A stretch of 35,196 nucleotides of DNA, from positions 1 through 35,196 of the forward strand of contig ML002381.1 in the NCBI GenBank assembly GCA_003614675.1, read 5' to 3'. The translations under genes were made by a program, and so were the position numbers. Position 1 is the first letter of the stretch. Every line of letters starts with the position of its first letter. Shown here in pieces: positions 12,152 to 22,666 of this stretch. This DNA comes from Dimargaris cristalligena. Lineage: Eukaryota. The notes under the pieces were generated by a model. That model ran no database searches. It saw nothing but the letters and a program-made list of their open reading frames with translations, and was not told where the DNA came from.

Positions 12152-12814
12152 TTAGGGGGCCTGGTAGGTCGGCATGGGGGTGGACGGGAGAGGGGGGACA
12201 GGACTGGGCACGACGGGGTTAAGGTCTTCCCCGGGAGGACTGGGCATATCAATGTGGGTAGTCGACGAGGCCGGACTGGCCTCGGAAGGGACGGGTAAGC
12301 TGGTTGAGTAAATCCCTGAAGTGAATTTCCCCTTGTCGGCATGGTCATGCTCGGGTAGGTGGGGAGTCCGGCAAAGGTAGTCACGCAGGCGGATTCCGAA
12401 CAAAAGGCCGAAAAACACAAAGGCGAAGAAGGCAAAGGCGATGGCACCGCGGGCCACGCCACACACACTATCGGGGCAGTCGACCGGGCGGGCCACGGTA
12501 ATGGCGATAAATCCGCTGAACCAAAAGATGGACAGTACCCCAGTGAGAACGGCTTCGGCCAACGGTTCGATGAGCCGGCGAAAGTAGGGTAGACCGGAGC
12601 GGGCGTGGAGCCAGGGCGCACTGGCCATGAGGGCCACGAGAAGCAGGCTAAACACGGCGTTGAAAATGATAAACTTAAAGGCCGAGGGGGTCCACCCCTG
12701 GGCCCAGTCGGCCACCCGCGCACCGAAGCACATGACCATAAACGCGCACAGACCGCCGGCGCTCAGGGAAATGAGGCGAACCCGGTCGTAAAAATTATAT
12801 GAAATAACCGCCAT
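12152..12814 (-). CDS. MARVEL-like four-TM membrane protein, copy 4 (220 aa)
   Basis: First ATG (MAVISYNF) is at 12814; the ORF track extension starts at a non-ATG codon. Motifs FIIFNAVFS, EAVLTGVLSIFWFSGFIAIT and CPDSVCGVARGAIAFAFF. Pro/Ser-rich tail. Confidence 0.83.
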   Translation of the reverse strand: MAVISYNFYDRVRLISLSAGGLCAFMVMCFGARVADWAQGWTPSAFKFIIFNAVFSLLLVALMASAPWLHARSGLPYFRRLIEPLAEAVLTGVLSIFWFSGFIAITVARPVDCPDSVCGVARGAIAFAFFAFVFFGLLFGIRLRDYLCRTPHLPEHDHADKGKFTSGIYSTSLPVPSEASPASSTTHIDMPSPPGEDLNPVVPSPVPPLPSTPMPTYQAP

Positions 12815-14209
12815 ATCGATAAATAAGAGTAAAAGATGCGGAGACCATGCAAGTAGGGTGGTGGTGGGGTTGAATAACCGAGTAAAAAATGTAGCAGCAG
12901 GGGGGGAGTGGAAAAAGGCGGGAGAGTGACAATGCTTGCGGAGCGGGGGAATGTATGGCGTGAGCAATAGGCAGTGAAGGAAGAATAATAAACACAGCTA
13001 CACCACACTCACACCCACACCCATTCAGCAACTATGAAGCAACAGCGGATATGCCTAGGCTATGGCAGCAGTGGGTTGGGGCTGGTTAATAAACGGCGGG
13101 CGGGGAGGCAGTTGGATGAAATTAAAGACGGAGCGTCGTTACTAAGGGGAAAAGTAAAGCGGGGCCTACTAACGTCGCCAACAGGTTCTATCATTAATGA
13201 GTACGAGAAAGGTGTACTTTTATTTTTTGCGGAGGGAGGAGGCCAAGTAATAAGCGAAATGGAGTAGAGGGCCGCTGCGACTAATTAAAGAATCGGGAAG
13301 CAATATAGGCATGAAAAAGGGAAGATGATTGACTGCTCTTCAACGGCACATCTCAACGTTCGCAGAACGGAGGGGGGTATTAATAAACGAATACTCATAA
13401 ATAAAGGCCGCAAAGCAAGGTTAAAAATGCCCAAGAGACTCCGGCGCACCGTTGGCGAGTCTTTATAGCAGCGACCTTGTCCTTGTTGGAGCATCCGCAA
13501 CCCACCCATCGGGTTGGGCAGGGCTAAAGGCCATTGGAGTTGAGTGGGGAACGCACCCTCTATAGGGCGGCAATCCTTTTGCAGCCCACCCGCAGAGGGG
13601 CCTCCAATGGTCGGTGTGGGGCCCCCCATTGGAATCACTCGACACTTGGCCGACAATCCCCGCTGCCGTTCATCATTGAGTTGTGATTGCATGACGGGCG
13701 GGGGGTTCAACCAGGCTGTATAACGAACACTCACGAGGCTTAGTGAGGGTTAATAATGGGTCTCTCATATATTTACCCATATTATGTAAAGTCTTCATAC
13801 ATCTGGCGCAACTCCGCTCTCTTCGATTCGGCGAACCGACGGCCGCATGGTGACGGCGGATGTGCCCTCGTTCTGTTGTCCCTCTCCCCCATCGCTTGGA
13901 AGAAAGTAAGGTTTAATGCGCCATGGACAAGGGAAAAGGCCACACCGCCCCTGTCCCCTTTCCCCCTGGGTCGGTAGATTTGACCCTGAACCGCACTGTA
14001 CTGAAACATGTATCGTCGTAAACAGTCGGGAGGGGGATACTTCCCTCTCCCTCATCTTCCTTACTAACCCTCTAAGGCTCAGCAAATCCAAATCGCTATT
14101 TAAAGCCCACGACATCCCTCCCATTAAATCGGGTGGTGTGTACATGTTTACCACTAATCTTACCATTATATTACTACTGCCTTTTCTCGTCTGCTAATTT
14201 CGGATTGCC

Positions 14210-14902
14210 ATGGACCCCCAATATATCCAAACTAATTGGCGGTTAGGGGCTCTCTATACCCTTGAGCTTATCTTGTCCGCCGTCTGCCTGGCCGGCAACA
14301 TGGTCCATATCACCCACAATGTGGATCAAACCGACGTGCTCAGCGTCGCCAGTGCCGTCATGTTCCTAGCCGCCAGCTTCAGCTCGTCCTTCGCCATGCT
14401 GGTCCTCTTTTCCGCCAAGCAGCGTATCGTGGCGGGCCACGAGTTTTTCGCCGAACGCACCCTGCTGGGGGTTGTCTCTACCTTCTACATTGTATCGGGT
14501 CTCTTCGTGGTGGCCTACCGCGGGAACCCGTGCGCAGTCGGCAGTCAGCTGCCGGTGGACAGCACTCGCCCGTCCGTCTGTGGGTTCCATTATCTCTCCC
14601 TGGTGGCCGGCCTGTTAGCTTGGCTATCCCTGGCCGCCCTCCTGGCCTTTAACGTCTATCGCGCTCGGTGCTACGTTCGCCACTCGGACACCCTGGGTGA
14701 AACCGAAAAGCAGCCCCGAATCGATAGCCTCCATAGTGCTATTGGCGGCAATGCTTTTGCGTCGGGCCAGACGGACTACTTGGAGCACCGGGGGACGCGG
14801 GCCAGCACCCTCACTTACTACCACGCCTTGCAGCACCACCGCCTTTCCAACACCTCGTCGGGTTTGCGCAACTCCCTGTACCACTCCCAACCCATGCCCT
14901 AA
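14210..14902 (+). CDS. Divergent four-TM membrane protein, probably MARVEL-like, copy 5 (230 aa)
   Basis: Start context attgccATGg. Four hydrophobic segments. ERTLLGVVSTFYIVSG aligns with the TM3 motif of copies 1-4, and a Cys pair (NPC...SVCG) precedes TM4. It is more diverged than the other copies. Confidence 0.68.
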   Translation: MDPQYIQTNWRLGALYTLELILSAVCLAGNMVHITHNVDQTDVLSVASAVMFLAASFSSSFAMLVLFSAKQRIVAGHEFFAERTLLGVVSTFYIVSGLFVVAYRGNPCAVGSQLPVDSTRPSVCGFHYLSLVAGLLAWLSLAALLAFNVYRARCYVRHSDTLGETEKQPRIDSLHSAIGGNAFASGQTDYLEHRGTRASTLTYYHALQHHRLSNTSSGLRNSLYHSQPMP

Positions 14903-15761
14903 CCGAACCTAAGTCTGATCCTGGCCCTCCCAATATGGTTGTTGGATGACGATCGCCCAGCCCAATATTCGCATCTATTCTCTACTGGGTGACCCCCCCC
15001 TGCCCTTTACTCAATTTTGAGATGGCGTATGGTATCACCTATTTCGGTCCCCACTGAATTACTCTCCTCATAATGTTGTTATTACTAGCCCTCCTCCTCC
15101 CTCTAAACTAATCATACATTCAAAATAAACCCCTCTCTGTAACCATCGATTGTGCGGGGCCGGTTGAACTGAATTCTACCGTCTCATTCGATTCTCTGTT
15201 CACCTCCTAACGGGGGGACATGGCTGTGCTTCAGGAGATTAGGAGCCGGTTATTCCCCTCAGCTCCCCTAAAATAGTGCACACGGCCCCTGTACCTAATC
15301 CCACCCCCCCCTTATTCCTTGACGCTCGTCCTCCAAATGTCCGTGTGCTATACATCTCCCCCCATCGTAGCAGCCTCCTCAGTGACCATGACTGGTAACG
15401 CCTCTTCTACTACTGTCCCTCGGATCCCAGCCATTGCATGGCCAGTTCTCAGTGGCGCGAACTATACTCGCCCTGTGGTGCCCTCTATGAATGCCCTTCC
15501 GCACTTGGGCATGTACACACCCCATTGCCTTTAATGATGAGGGAGGGTTGGTGGTTTCGTTCAGTGTGTGTGAATCACCGTAATCACATTGGAACCCGCC
15601 GCCTTCCATGGAACGAGTTTCAGCCACAGGGGATTATCATATCTTCTCTTCTTTCTATAGTTCTCGTCCGTTTCAAAATTGGCATTCCTGGTGAATCAGC
15701 TACCTAAAAATAATTTTATAATAAAAATTCGGCAGCAATAAAGCCGCATTTGACTTCCAGC

Positions 15762-18651
15762 TTAGCCCCCCTCGGGCGATTCTGGTTCTAACAATCCTTT
15801 ACGGCGCAGCTCCTGCTGTACCGCCTCGTACGCAACAAATACTTGTTTTTTATACGTCGAGCGGGCGCTGGTCGCGGCCTGGAGATACGTTTGATCTACG
15901 GCCCGGTCCACGCCCAGCGAGTGCAGCTGGCCTGCCCCCACCCAGGCAAACGTCCGGCGAATCAAGTCCTTATCGTAGAACCGGACCAGATAGTCGCTGG
16001 GTTGATGAGGCACCTCGTGGACCACGCGGGGCACTAGTTCGTGTTTGGGGCTGAAGATATCCGCCGGGAACCACGGAAACCCATGGATCTTAGCCCACAC
16101 AATGTCCCCGATGCGGAGGGTCCCCGACTTCGTGGGGGGTTTTCGAAGAAAGGGGGTGGGCGTGGCCGGGGTGGGGGGGGCCGCTCTTGCCTCGTCGGGT
16201 GGAACGACCGGGGGTGACGAGGTGCTGGGGTGGCGTCCGGGCTAGTTTGCGGGCGCGCGTGATCCGGGGCCCGGGCGATTCGGCCGTGGACAGGATGCGT
16301 TTGCGGAGGGTCGCGGGAGAGTCCTTTGGCTGGGGGGATTCGTTCGGGGGTCCCGTCGGGCGAGGCGATGGGGGCCGGGAAGTTAACTGCAGTGGGGTTA
16401 ATGGCGGGGGGGTTTCGGACGACCGGCGTAGGGAGAATCGCCGTGGCCGCCGAGGGGGGGTCCCCGTCCTCGTGGGTATAGTAGGGTTTGGACCGGATAG
16501 TGTCGATGGGGAAGTGCCGGTCGGGCCTAGCGACTGGGCCCGGGCTCGGGTGGGGCGGGATATGGAGGGGGCCGGCTTGGATGTCGTGGGCGGGGGAGTA
16601 CCCAGCCGAGGGGGTGGGGGCGGTAGCGAAGGGAACGGGGTGGGGGGTGGTAACGAATCGAAATCAAAAATTAAGGGGGGGGGGGGAACCAGCGGGGCCC
16701 CGCGGTTCGTCAATGGTAATTGCTGGTATTGGGTCCGGGCCGCGGCCATCAGCTCGCCCAGTAGCGCGCGTAGGGTCACCGCAGTCCGGTAATACGGGGT
16801 GGTGGGACGGTTATACACCGTGGCATTGGTAAAGACGAGCTGCGCGTCACGTTCAAAGGCGTCTAGTGAATCGTAGGCGTAGCTGGCGAGGCGCCGCTGT
16901 ATGGTGCCCAGGTCCATGGGATTCGTAATTACATCGTAGTAGTCAGGGGCCAGTTGCACGGGTACGGGCTCGGCAAAATAGTCCCGCTTGTCGGCGGCCT
17001 GTAGGGCCTCCAACACGGGCCAGAGCACCCGGGAGAGGGGGTAGATGAAACCCTCGAGGTACTGGCGTTGCAGACGAAACCGCTTAAGTTTCTGGCGCTC
17101 CCGTTTGCGGACCAATTCCACCAGGTTCCGGATCCGTTCCAGATCCTTACGCACATGCTGCAGGATACCGTACTGCCGGTCGCTTTCCAGTTCGGCAGCC
17201 TTCTGCTGGGAGGCCGATGCGGTCCAGGGCTCCAGGTGAAGGCGCTTGATAAGCGGGGCCCCCCGGCGACTCTGGCGCTTGAGGGACCAGTAGCGGGCCA
17301 GCTGTTGGATGAAGGCGGCCCGCTGGCGGATGGGTGGTTTTAGAGCTGGGTCTAGGAGACGGCGGGCAATATACTCGGGTATGACGGGGGCGAGTGCATT
17401 ATAGTGCTGGAAGCTAGGCGAGGCGGGGCCGTCGGAGTGAGATGACGAAGGGTGGTGGGTGGTCCGGGGCCGGAACAGGGCCTCCACGGCATCGATGCGC
17501 TGGGTCTGCAGGGCCAATTCGGCGTCGGAGGCCCGGAGGGCGGCGGTGGCATGGGCCGGGTCGTAAACGTCCAGGTGGTCGGGTGGGGCGTGGCGGTCGC
17601 AGAAGGAGCGGAAAATGGGCTCCCCCGTGTATTTGTGGGTTTTCATTTTGAGGTAGAGCCGGGCCTTACGGGCACAGGTGACGTGGTAGGCGGTGTAACA
17701 GGCCTTATTGGTGCACTGAATACAGGCCCCCTGGCGACGTTTGCAAATGTAGCAGTGCAGGCGCCAGCGACTCTTGGGGACCTGGTCTACGTTGTCAATG
17801 GGTTCCATGTAGACGGGGTTGGCCACGGTGACCTCGGGGATCCATAGGGCACACAGCAGATGGGCCCATTTGTTGGTAGTAGTCTTTTTGAAGGCCCCAT
17901 CAGTGTAGGGACAGAAGAGGCAGGTGACGCGGGTTTCGGGGGAGATCATGCAGCGGCGGCACAGCCACTGGCCTTCGGGAATGTAGGGCACCCCGTAACA
18001 GTCCTGGTGAACGGCGAGGTTGCAGCCGTCACAAAACACAATGGCATTGCTGTTCTCGCACTCCTCCTCGCCGCAAATGCTACAGGCGGACTCCTCGGGG
18101 GGCAGCTCAGCGTGCTGCTTCTCAGCCAGCGAGCGTTGAATGTGTTTGGTGAGGTCGAACCACTCCTTTTCCAGGCGGTCCAAGAGGGCCTCGCATAGGC
18201 TAGCGGGAACGAGATTCAGGTCGGCGCGGGAGCGCTCGAGGTTGACCAAATCCAACCAGGCCTGGTCCTCCTCGTCCATGTCGTACTCGACTTTAGCGGC
18301 GAGTTCGGTTTCAGTCAGCTCAACGTTGCGAATGTAGTGACCTTCGGGGCGCTTAAAAGGGGAGAGCGGGTCGGACGGACTCCCTAGGCGTTGGTTCAGG
18401 TCAATGGGGTGGAACCGAGTCACAGGCAGGGTGGCTAGGGCGCGTTTCGGCTGTAGGGAAGAGTCGGTGGGCGGCGGGGGGTCGGCCTGGTTCACCCGCT
18501 GTACGGGGTAGGCATAGTTCGGTTTAAGATCGGAGAAAAAGTCGGAATAGGGCCGCTCCTCCCGCGGCTTCTCCACAGCGGGGGCGCGCGACGGTGTGGA
18601 AAGAGGACTGGGTTTTCGGCCCAGGCCCAGGGCCACAATAGGGTCGCCCAT
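15762..18651 (-). CDS. BRPF/Nto1-like MYST histone acetyltransferase scaffold (EPL1, PHD-ZnK-PHD, bromodomain, PWWP), with an apparent 1-nt frameshift before the PWWP
   Basis: Start context accgccATGg at 18651. EPL1: VEYDMDEEDQAWL...LDRLEKEW. PHD: CSICGEEECENSNAIVFCDGCNLAVHQDCYGVPYIPEGQWLCRRC. Extended PHD: WAHLLCALWIPEV...YHVTCA. Bromodomain: FAEPV...PDYYDVITNPMDL...VYN. The main frame stops at 16090. The PWWP (LRIGDIVWAKIHGFPWFPA...YLVRFYD...TFAWV) is in the +1 frame and ends at 15762. Confidence 0.9.
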
Positions 18652-18657
18652 GGCGGT

Positions 18658-18677
18658 TGTGTGTGTGTGTGTGTGTG
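18658..18677. repeat. (TG)10 microsatellite
   Basis: The run ends 6 nt before the BRPF/Nto1-like ATG. It explains the HTHTHT stretch in the ORF-track extension. Confidence 0.9.
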
Positions 18678-19070
18678 CGGAGTGCAAGCAACAAACGGGT
18701 GGAATGGTAGACAATAAGGGGATGCAATGGGTGCGAATAGGAGTGGTTCAGTAAGAAAGCCTAAGCAGGCTGAAGGAGAGGGACACGGCTATTGGAAAGG
18801 TTCCCCTGGGCAGGCGAGAGGGCGCATATACCCAAGCTCCGCCGCCCCAGGGGTTGATAACGAGGCTGGCGGACCCCAGACGCATGAGCGGCTCCCCCAA
18901 CCCCTCTGCGTCGCCGCCTATGCTGCCACCTGGGAGACGCCAGGATCCCCAGAAAGAGAGAGAGAAGGGCGACCGGTAGGGGTACTTACTGGCCTCCTTC
19001 TCCTCTTTCTCTCCATTAGCTCTCCTATTCTTCTCTTTTCTCGCATTTCCGCTTTGTAACTTGTTGCATT

Positions 19071-20452
19071 ATGGCCCCGTCGTCAGAGAACGTTTTCCTA
19101 TTTATCCCCAACCTCATTGGTACGTTCTCCTACCTAGACCTAGGACCCTAACCCCGTGTCTCTTCTCCTCCCGCCCTCTAACACCCCCCCCACGTTGCTC
19201 TGCACCTACCCGTACCTCTTACCCCTTTACCCCTTCGCTTAGGTTACCTGCGGGTGGTCCTTGCCGGCCTGGCCCTCTATTTCATGGCCGAAGCCCCCTG
19301 GTCCTGCCTCCTATGCTACGGCGTATCGTGCCTCCTCGACGCCCTCGATGGACAGGCCGCTCGGTACTTCAAACAGAGTAAGTCGCCGACGGGCCTGCTT
19401 TTACCGCTCCCCTGGGTCTCGTAATATAGTCGGTTTCCCGCCCTTTACTTGTCTAAACCCCTCAATTCTATACCCATACTATACACGCTTGTAGGTAGCC
19501 GGTTCGGCGCCGTATTGGACATGGTCACGGACAGGTAAGTTGGGCCATTTGATCAATTCCCCACCTGGGGCAACTTTGGGGGTGATGCGACAACATGCCT
19601 TCGCATGGGGGCATCTTTATTTACCTAACTCCCATGTACCCGCTGTGCCAACTCCAACTTCTATCCCGGCCCCGTCTAGGTGCACCACCATCTGCCTCTT
19701 GTGCTTCTTGGCCCAGGCCTATCCCGCCTGGACCGTTTTATTCCAGCTGCTCATTTCCCTTGACATCAGCAGCCACTATATCCACATGTATAGGTAAGTT
19801 GCCCGTGGATTGCCATACACCAGCTGCCCTTGTAGTCGCCCATGTGGGCTCCGCTGCGTTTCCCGCCGCCTCGCTAATACCCTCTTTACACGCTGCCAAC
19901 CGTCTATGGATATCCCACCACCTTTTCCAGTTCGCTCGTCGCCGGGGCCGAAAGCCATAAACAAATATCGGACAAACAGAACGTGATCCTCCGGGCCTAT
20001 TACCATAATAATGTACGGTAACTCCGCCATTGGAAGCCTTTCCTCACTCAATTCCATTACATAGCCTTTGGTCCCCCCCCCCATCCACCCGCGTTTAGCG
20101 AGTTGTGTTAGAGCCGACCCTTTGGTGGTGGTGGGGGAGGCTTCGTTTCACCCATTCAGTATACTAACCCTAATAACCCATCTGCTTACCTGCTCCATCC
20201 TTGGCCTTTGGTTCACCCCTGATATAGAATGTGTTGTTTCTGTTCTGTTTTGCCAACGAAGCCTTTTTCATGACCCTTTACATGCTGCATTTCGTTACGG
20301 AGTACACTGGCGTCATTTACGCCCTGATGGCCATCACTTTTCCCATCTGTGCCGGCAAACAGATCATCAGCATTATCCAGCTCGCGGGCTCGTCCCAACA
20401 GCTCGCTGCCATTGATATCCGCGAGCGTCAAAAGGCCCGTTCGTTAGATTAA
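19071..20452 (+). CDS. PIS1: CDP-diacylglycerol--inositol 3-phosphatidyltransferase (phosphatidylinositol synthase), 6 exons, 214 aa
   Basis: Exons 19071-19119, 19243-19377, 19495-19534, 19680-19793, 19931-20012 and 20228-20452 total 645 nt with GT-AG introns. The spliced protein has ENVFLFIPNLIGYLR, the CDP-alcohol phosphotransferase motif DALDGQAARYFKQSSRFGAVLDMVTDR, LDISSHYIHMY and CFANE. The ORF track misses most of this gene. Confidence 0.95.
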
Positions 20453-21090
20453 CCCTCTCCGGAGTTTGGGGGAGGCGCGCCATTTTTACTACTGTACGCC
20501 GACTCCACCCTGGCCCCGCTTCCCCCTCTAGATTGTGGCACCCAGTATGCCACTCCGTCGGGTTCCCTCTGCTCTTACCATGCTGTAAATTCGTCTGTCT
20601 ACTCTCCACTCCCCTCAACGGGAAGTTGGGTATTTTGCCACCCCGCCTGCTTAATCCATAATTACCAGAGTTGGTTGCCTCTTTTGGCCGGTTTTGACCT
20701 AATAAATGCCCCCTGAACCACGCCTACTTCAATTTCTAATCAAAAGCCACTATAGGGTCGTTTTGACCTAGATACCTAGTAGGAGGCGCTTACGTTATCG
20801 ACCTACTCTGGAGAAAAGAGGGGGGTGGGCTTGGGATGTAATCGGCTGCTTTTCAACCAGCAGGTGGTTGCTGGCTGCACCCCCAGACCCTAACCCTCTA
20901 ACAGAGCCACACATTGGCGCAGTACGCTGGCCTCCCCCACTCACCCTAACAGCCTGTGGCTTGGCTGGCTCAATTCGCTGGTTTCTCCCGACTAGTTAGC
21001 AAGTTTCATCATCCACTACTATTGTTCTTTTCCCATCCCTAACCCTTTAATTTCCTGTACACCTTCTTACCATCTTTCCTCTGGGCTACC

Positions 21091-22057
21091 ATGGCTGACC
21101 TCTTCTCGTTTGATGACGCCCCTGTCTCTAATTCCAACTCTCCCGCCGTCGGCACCCATGACCACGATCCCACCGCCGATTTCCTCGCCCGCGAACGCGC
21201 TGTCCTGGGGAACGATGCCAACTTCCTTCAGAGTTTTGCGAGCCCGGCCCCCGGGGACGACACCTCCTTCGGTGTCCTAGATGGTGGCAGTGTAGGTTCC
21301 GCCCCCGCTTTCCAGTCCAGCCCCTTCCCCGACCTTCCTACTAGTGCAGGCTCCCCCCACTCCGTCCCCTCCGCCTCCCTCTCCTTTAACCAGGGGTCGG
21401 AATCCCATGCTTTCGTTGCCGATTTTCCGGAAATCGATTCGTCCGGTAACCCCATGCAATCGCCTGCCTTGGCCACAGGCGCTCTCACAGCCGAATCGGA
21501 CTTTGTCAGGTAGGCCCGGTTCGATATTATTGCCCCTATTGTGCCGATCATCAATCATGTTCGCTACTCGTACTCTCTAATCCAGCCTACCTTATCGAAC
21601 GGTAATTAACCCCGCCTGTTCTTTATCTATCTATCGATCTATCTATATATGGATATTTACCATTGTTCTATTCCGGACACCTAGAGAATGGCGCCAAAAG
21701 CAGGCTGCCTCAATTGACGAACGGGACCAAAAATCCCAGCGGACCCACGACGAGACCCTCCAAAAGGCCATCCAGGATATCGATAACTTCTACGAGGAAT
21801 ATAACACCAAGAAAGAGCAGGCAATCACCCATAACCGGGCCAATGAAAAATTCGAGATTCAGCAGGCCAACACCGGTACGCCCTGGGAGCGGGTTTACCG
21901 TCAAATTGACCTGGCCACCAACAGCACTGGCGGCACCAAAGACAAGACCAAATCTACCGGACCTTCTAAAAACTCTGCCCTTCGCGATACCAGCCGAATG
22001 CGTGAACTGATCTCCGATTTGCGCAAAGACACCAGTGCCCCCGGTAACATGGCCTAA
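21091..22057 (+). CDS. CLC1: Clathrin light chain, 2 exons, 263 aa
   Basis: Exons 21091-21509 and 21685-22057. Motifs DPTADFLARERAVLG, FVREWRQKQAASIDERD, DIDNFYEEYN, GTPWERV and DTSRMRELISDLRKD..APG. Confidence 0.93.
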
Positions 22058-22666
22058 GCCATTTTAAATAGCGACTATTCACCTCTTCGTGGCCCCTATT
22101 CTCGCCACCAGTTGATATCGGTTGTATTCCCTGAGTTTATTAGTGAGTTCTATATTCCGGGGAACTCTATCCGCTGAATTCCCCATACCGGCATATATAT
22201 ATATTTAAATAAATATTATCCAACTAATGTAGCGTTTCGCGTGCCCACGCGAATGTAGAAGATACCTACAAACTACTAGGCTTAGGTGGTATTGACTCAG
22301 GTATCCCCCTCTGCATTTGCCGCACTGGTTACCACTACTTTGGACAGCTAGCCCCATCACGCCCTACTCTATTTTGGCATCGTAGATTTGATGGTCATAC
22401 CGGTTCAGTTTTTTCAAACCAAGGGATTCCTTAAGTACAAACCCTCTTAACTTCCGGGTAGTTGCCACCCCCCACCCCCCACACCCATCGAACATCCTGT
22501 TCCCCCGCTCCAATAGAATAGGCAGTGCAAATTTATTTACCTTGCGAAATGAATTACTTGAGTCGCTACTTAAAATAATGCGGGTGTGTGAGGAGGGGTA
22601 TGTTTGCCCATATGGTAGTAGTGAACAAGAGAGAAAGAGAGATGCGTCAGCTCAATGTTGGTTTCG

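Noticed and set aside
15319-15707. Short ORFs between MARVEL copy 5 and the PWWP end
   Set aside because: No motifs or TM pattern. The region is probably convergent 3' UTR/intergenic sequence.
16187-18337. Long plus-strand ORFs (up to 201 aa) over the BRPF-like gene, and similar antisense ORFs over the MOT1 and MARVEL genes
   Set aside because: These are shadows of GC-rich coding sequence on the opposite strand and have no domain motifs.
18652-18714. N-terminal extension MSTIPPVCCLHSAHTHTHTT of the 874-aa ORF
   Set aside because: It begins at a non-ATG codon and translates a microsatellite. The ATG at 18651 has a strong Kozak context.
5993-22057. Membrane-traffic supercluster (MARVELs, PIS1, CLC1)
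   Set aside because: PIS1 and CLC1 are housekeeping genes separated from the array by a chromatin gene. Adjacency alone gives no support without synteny data.
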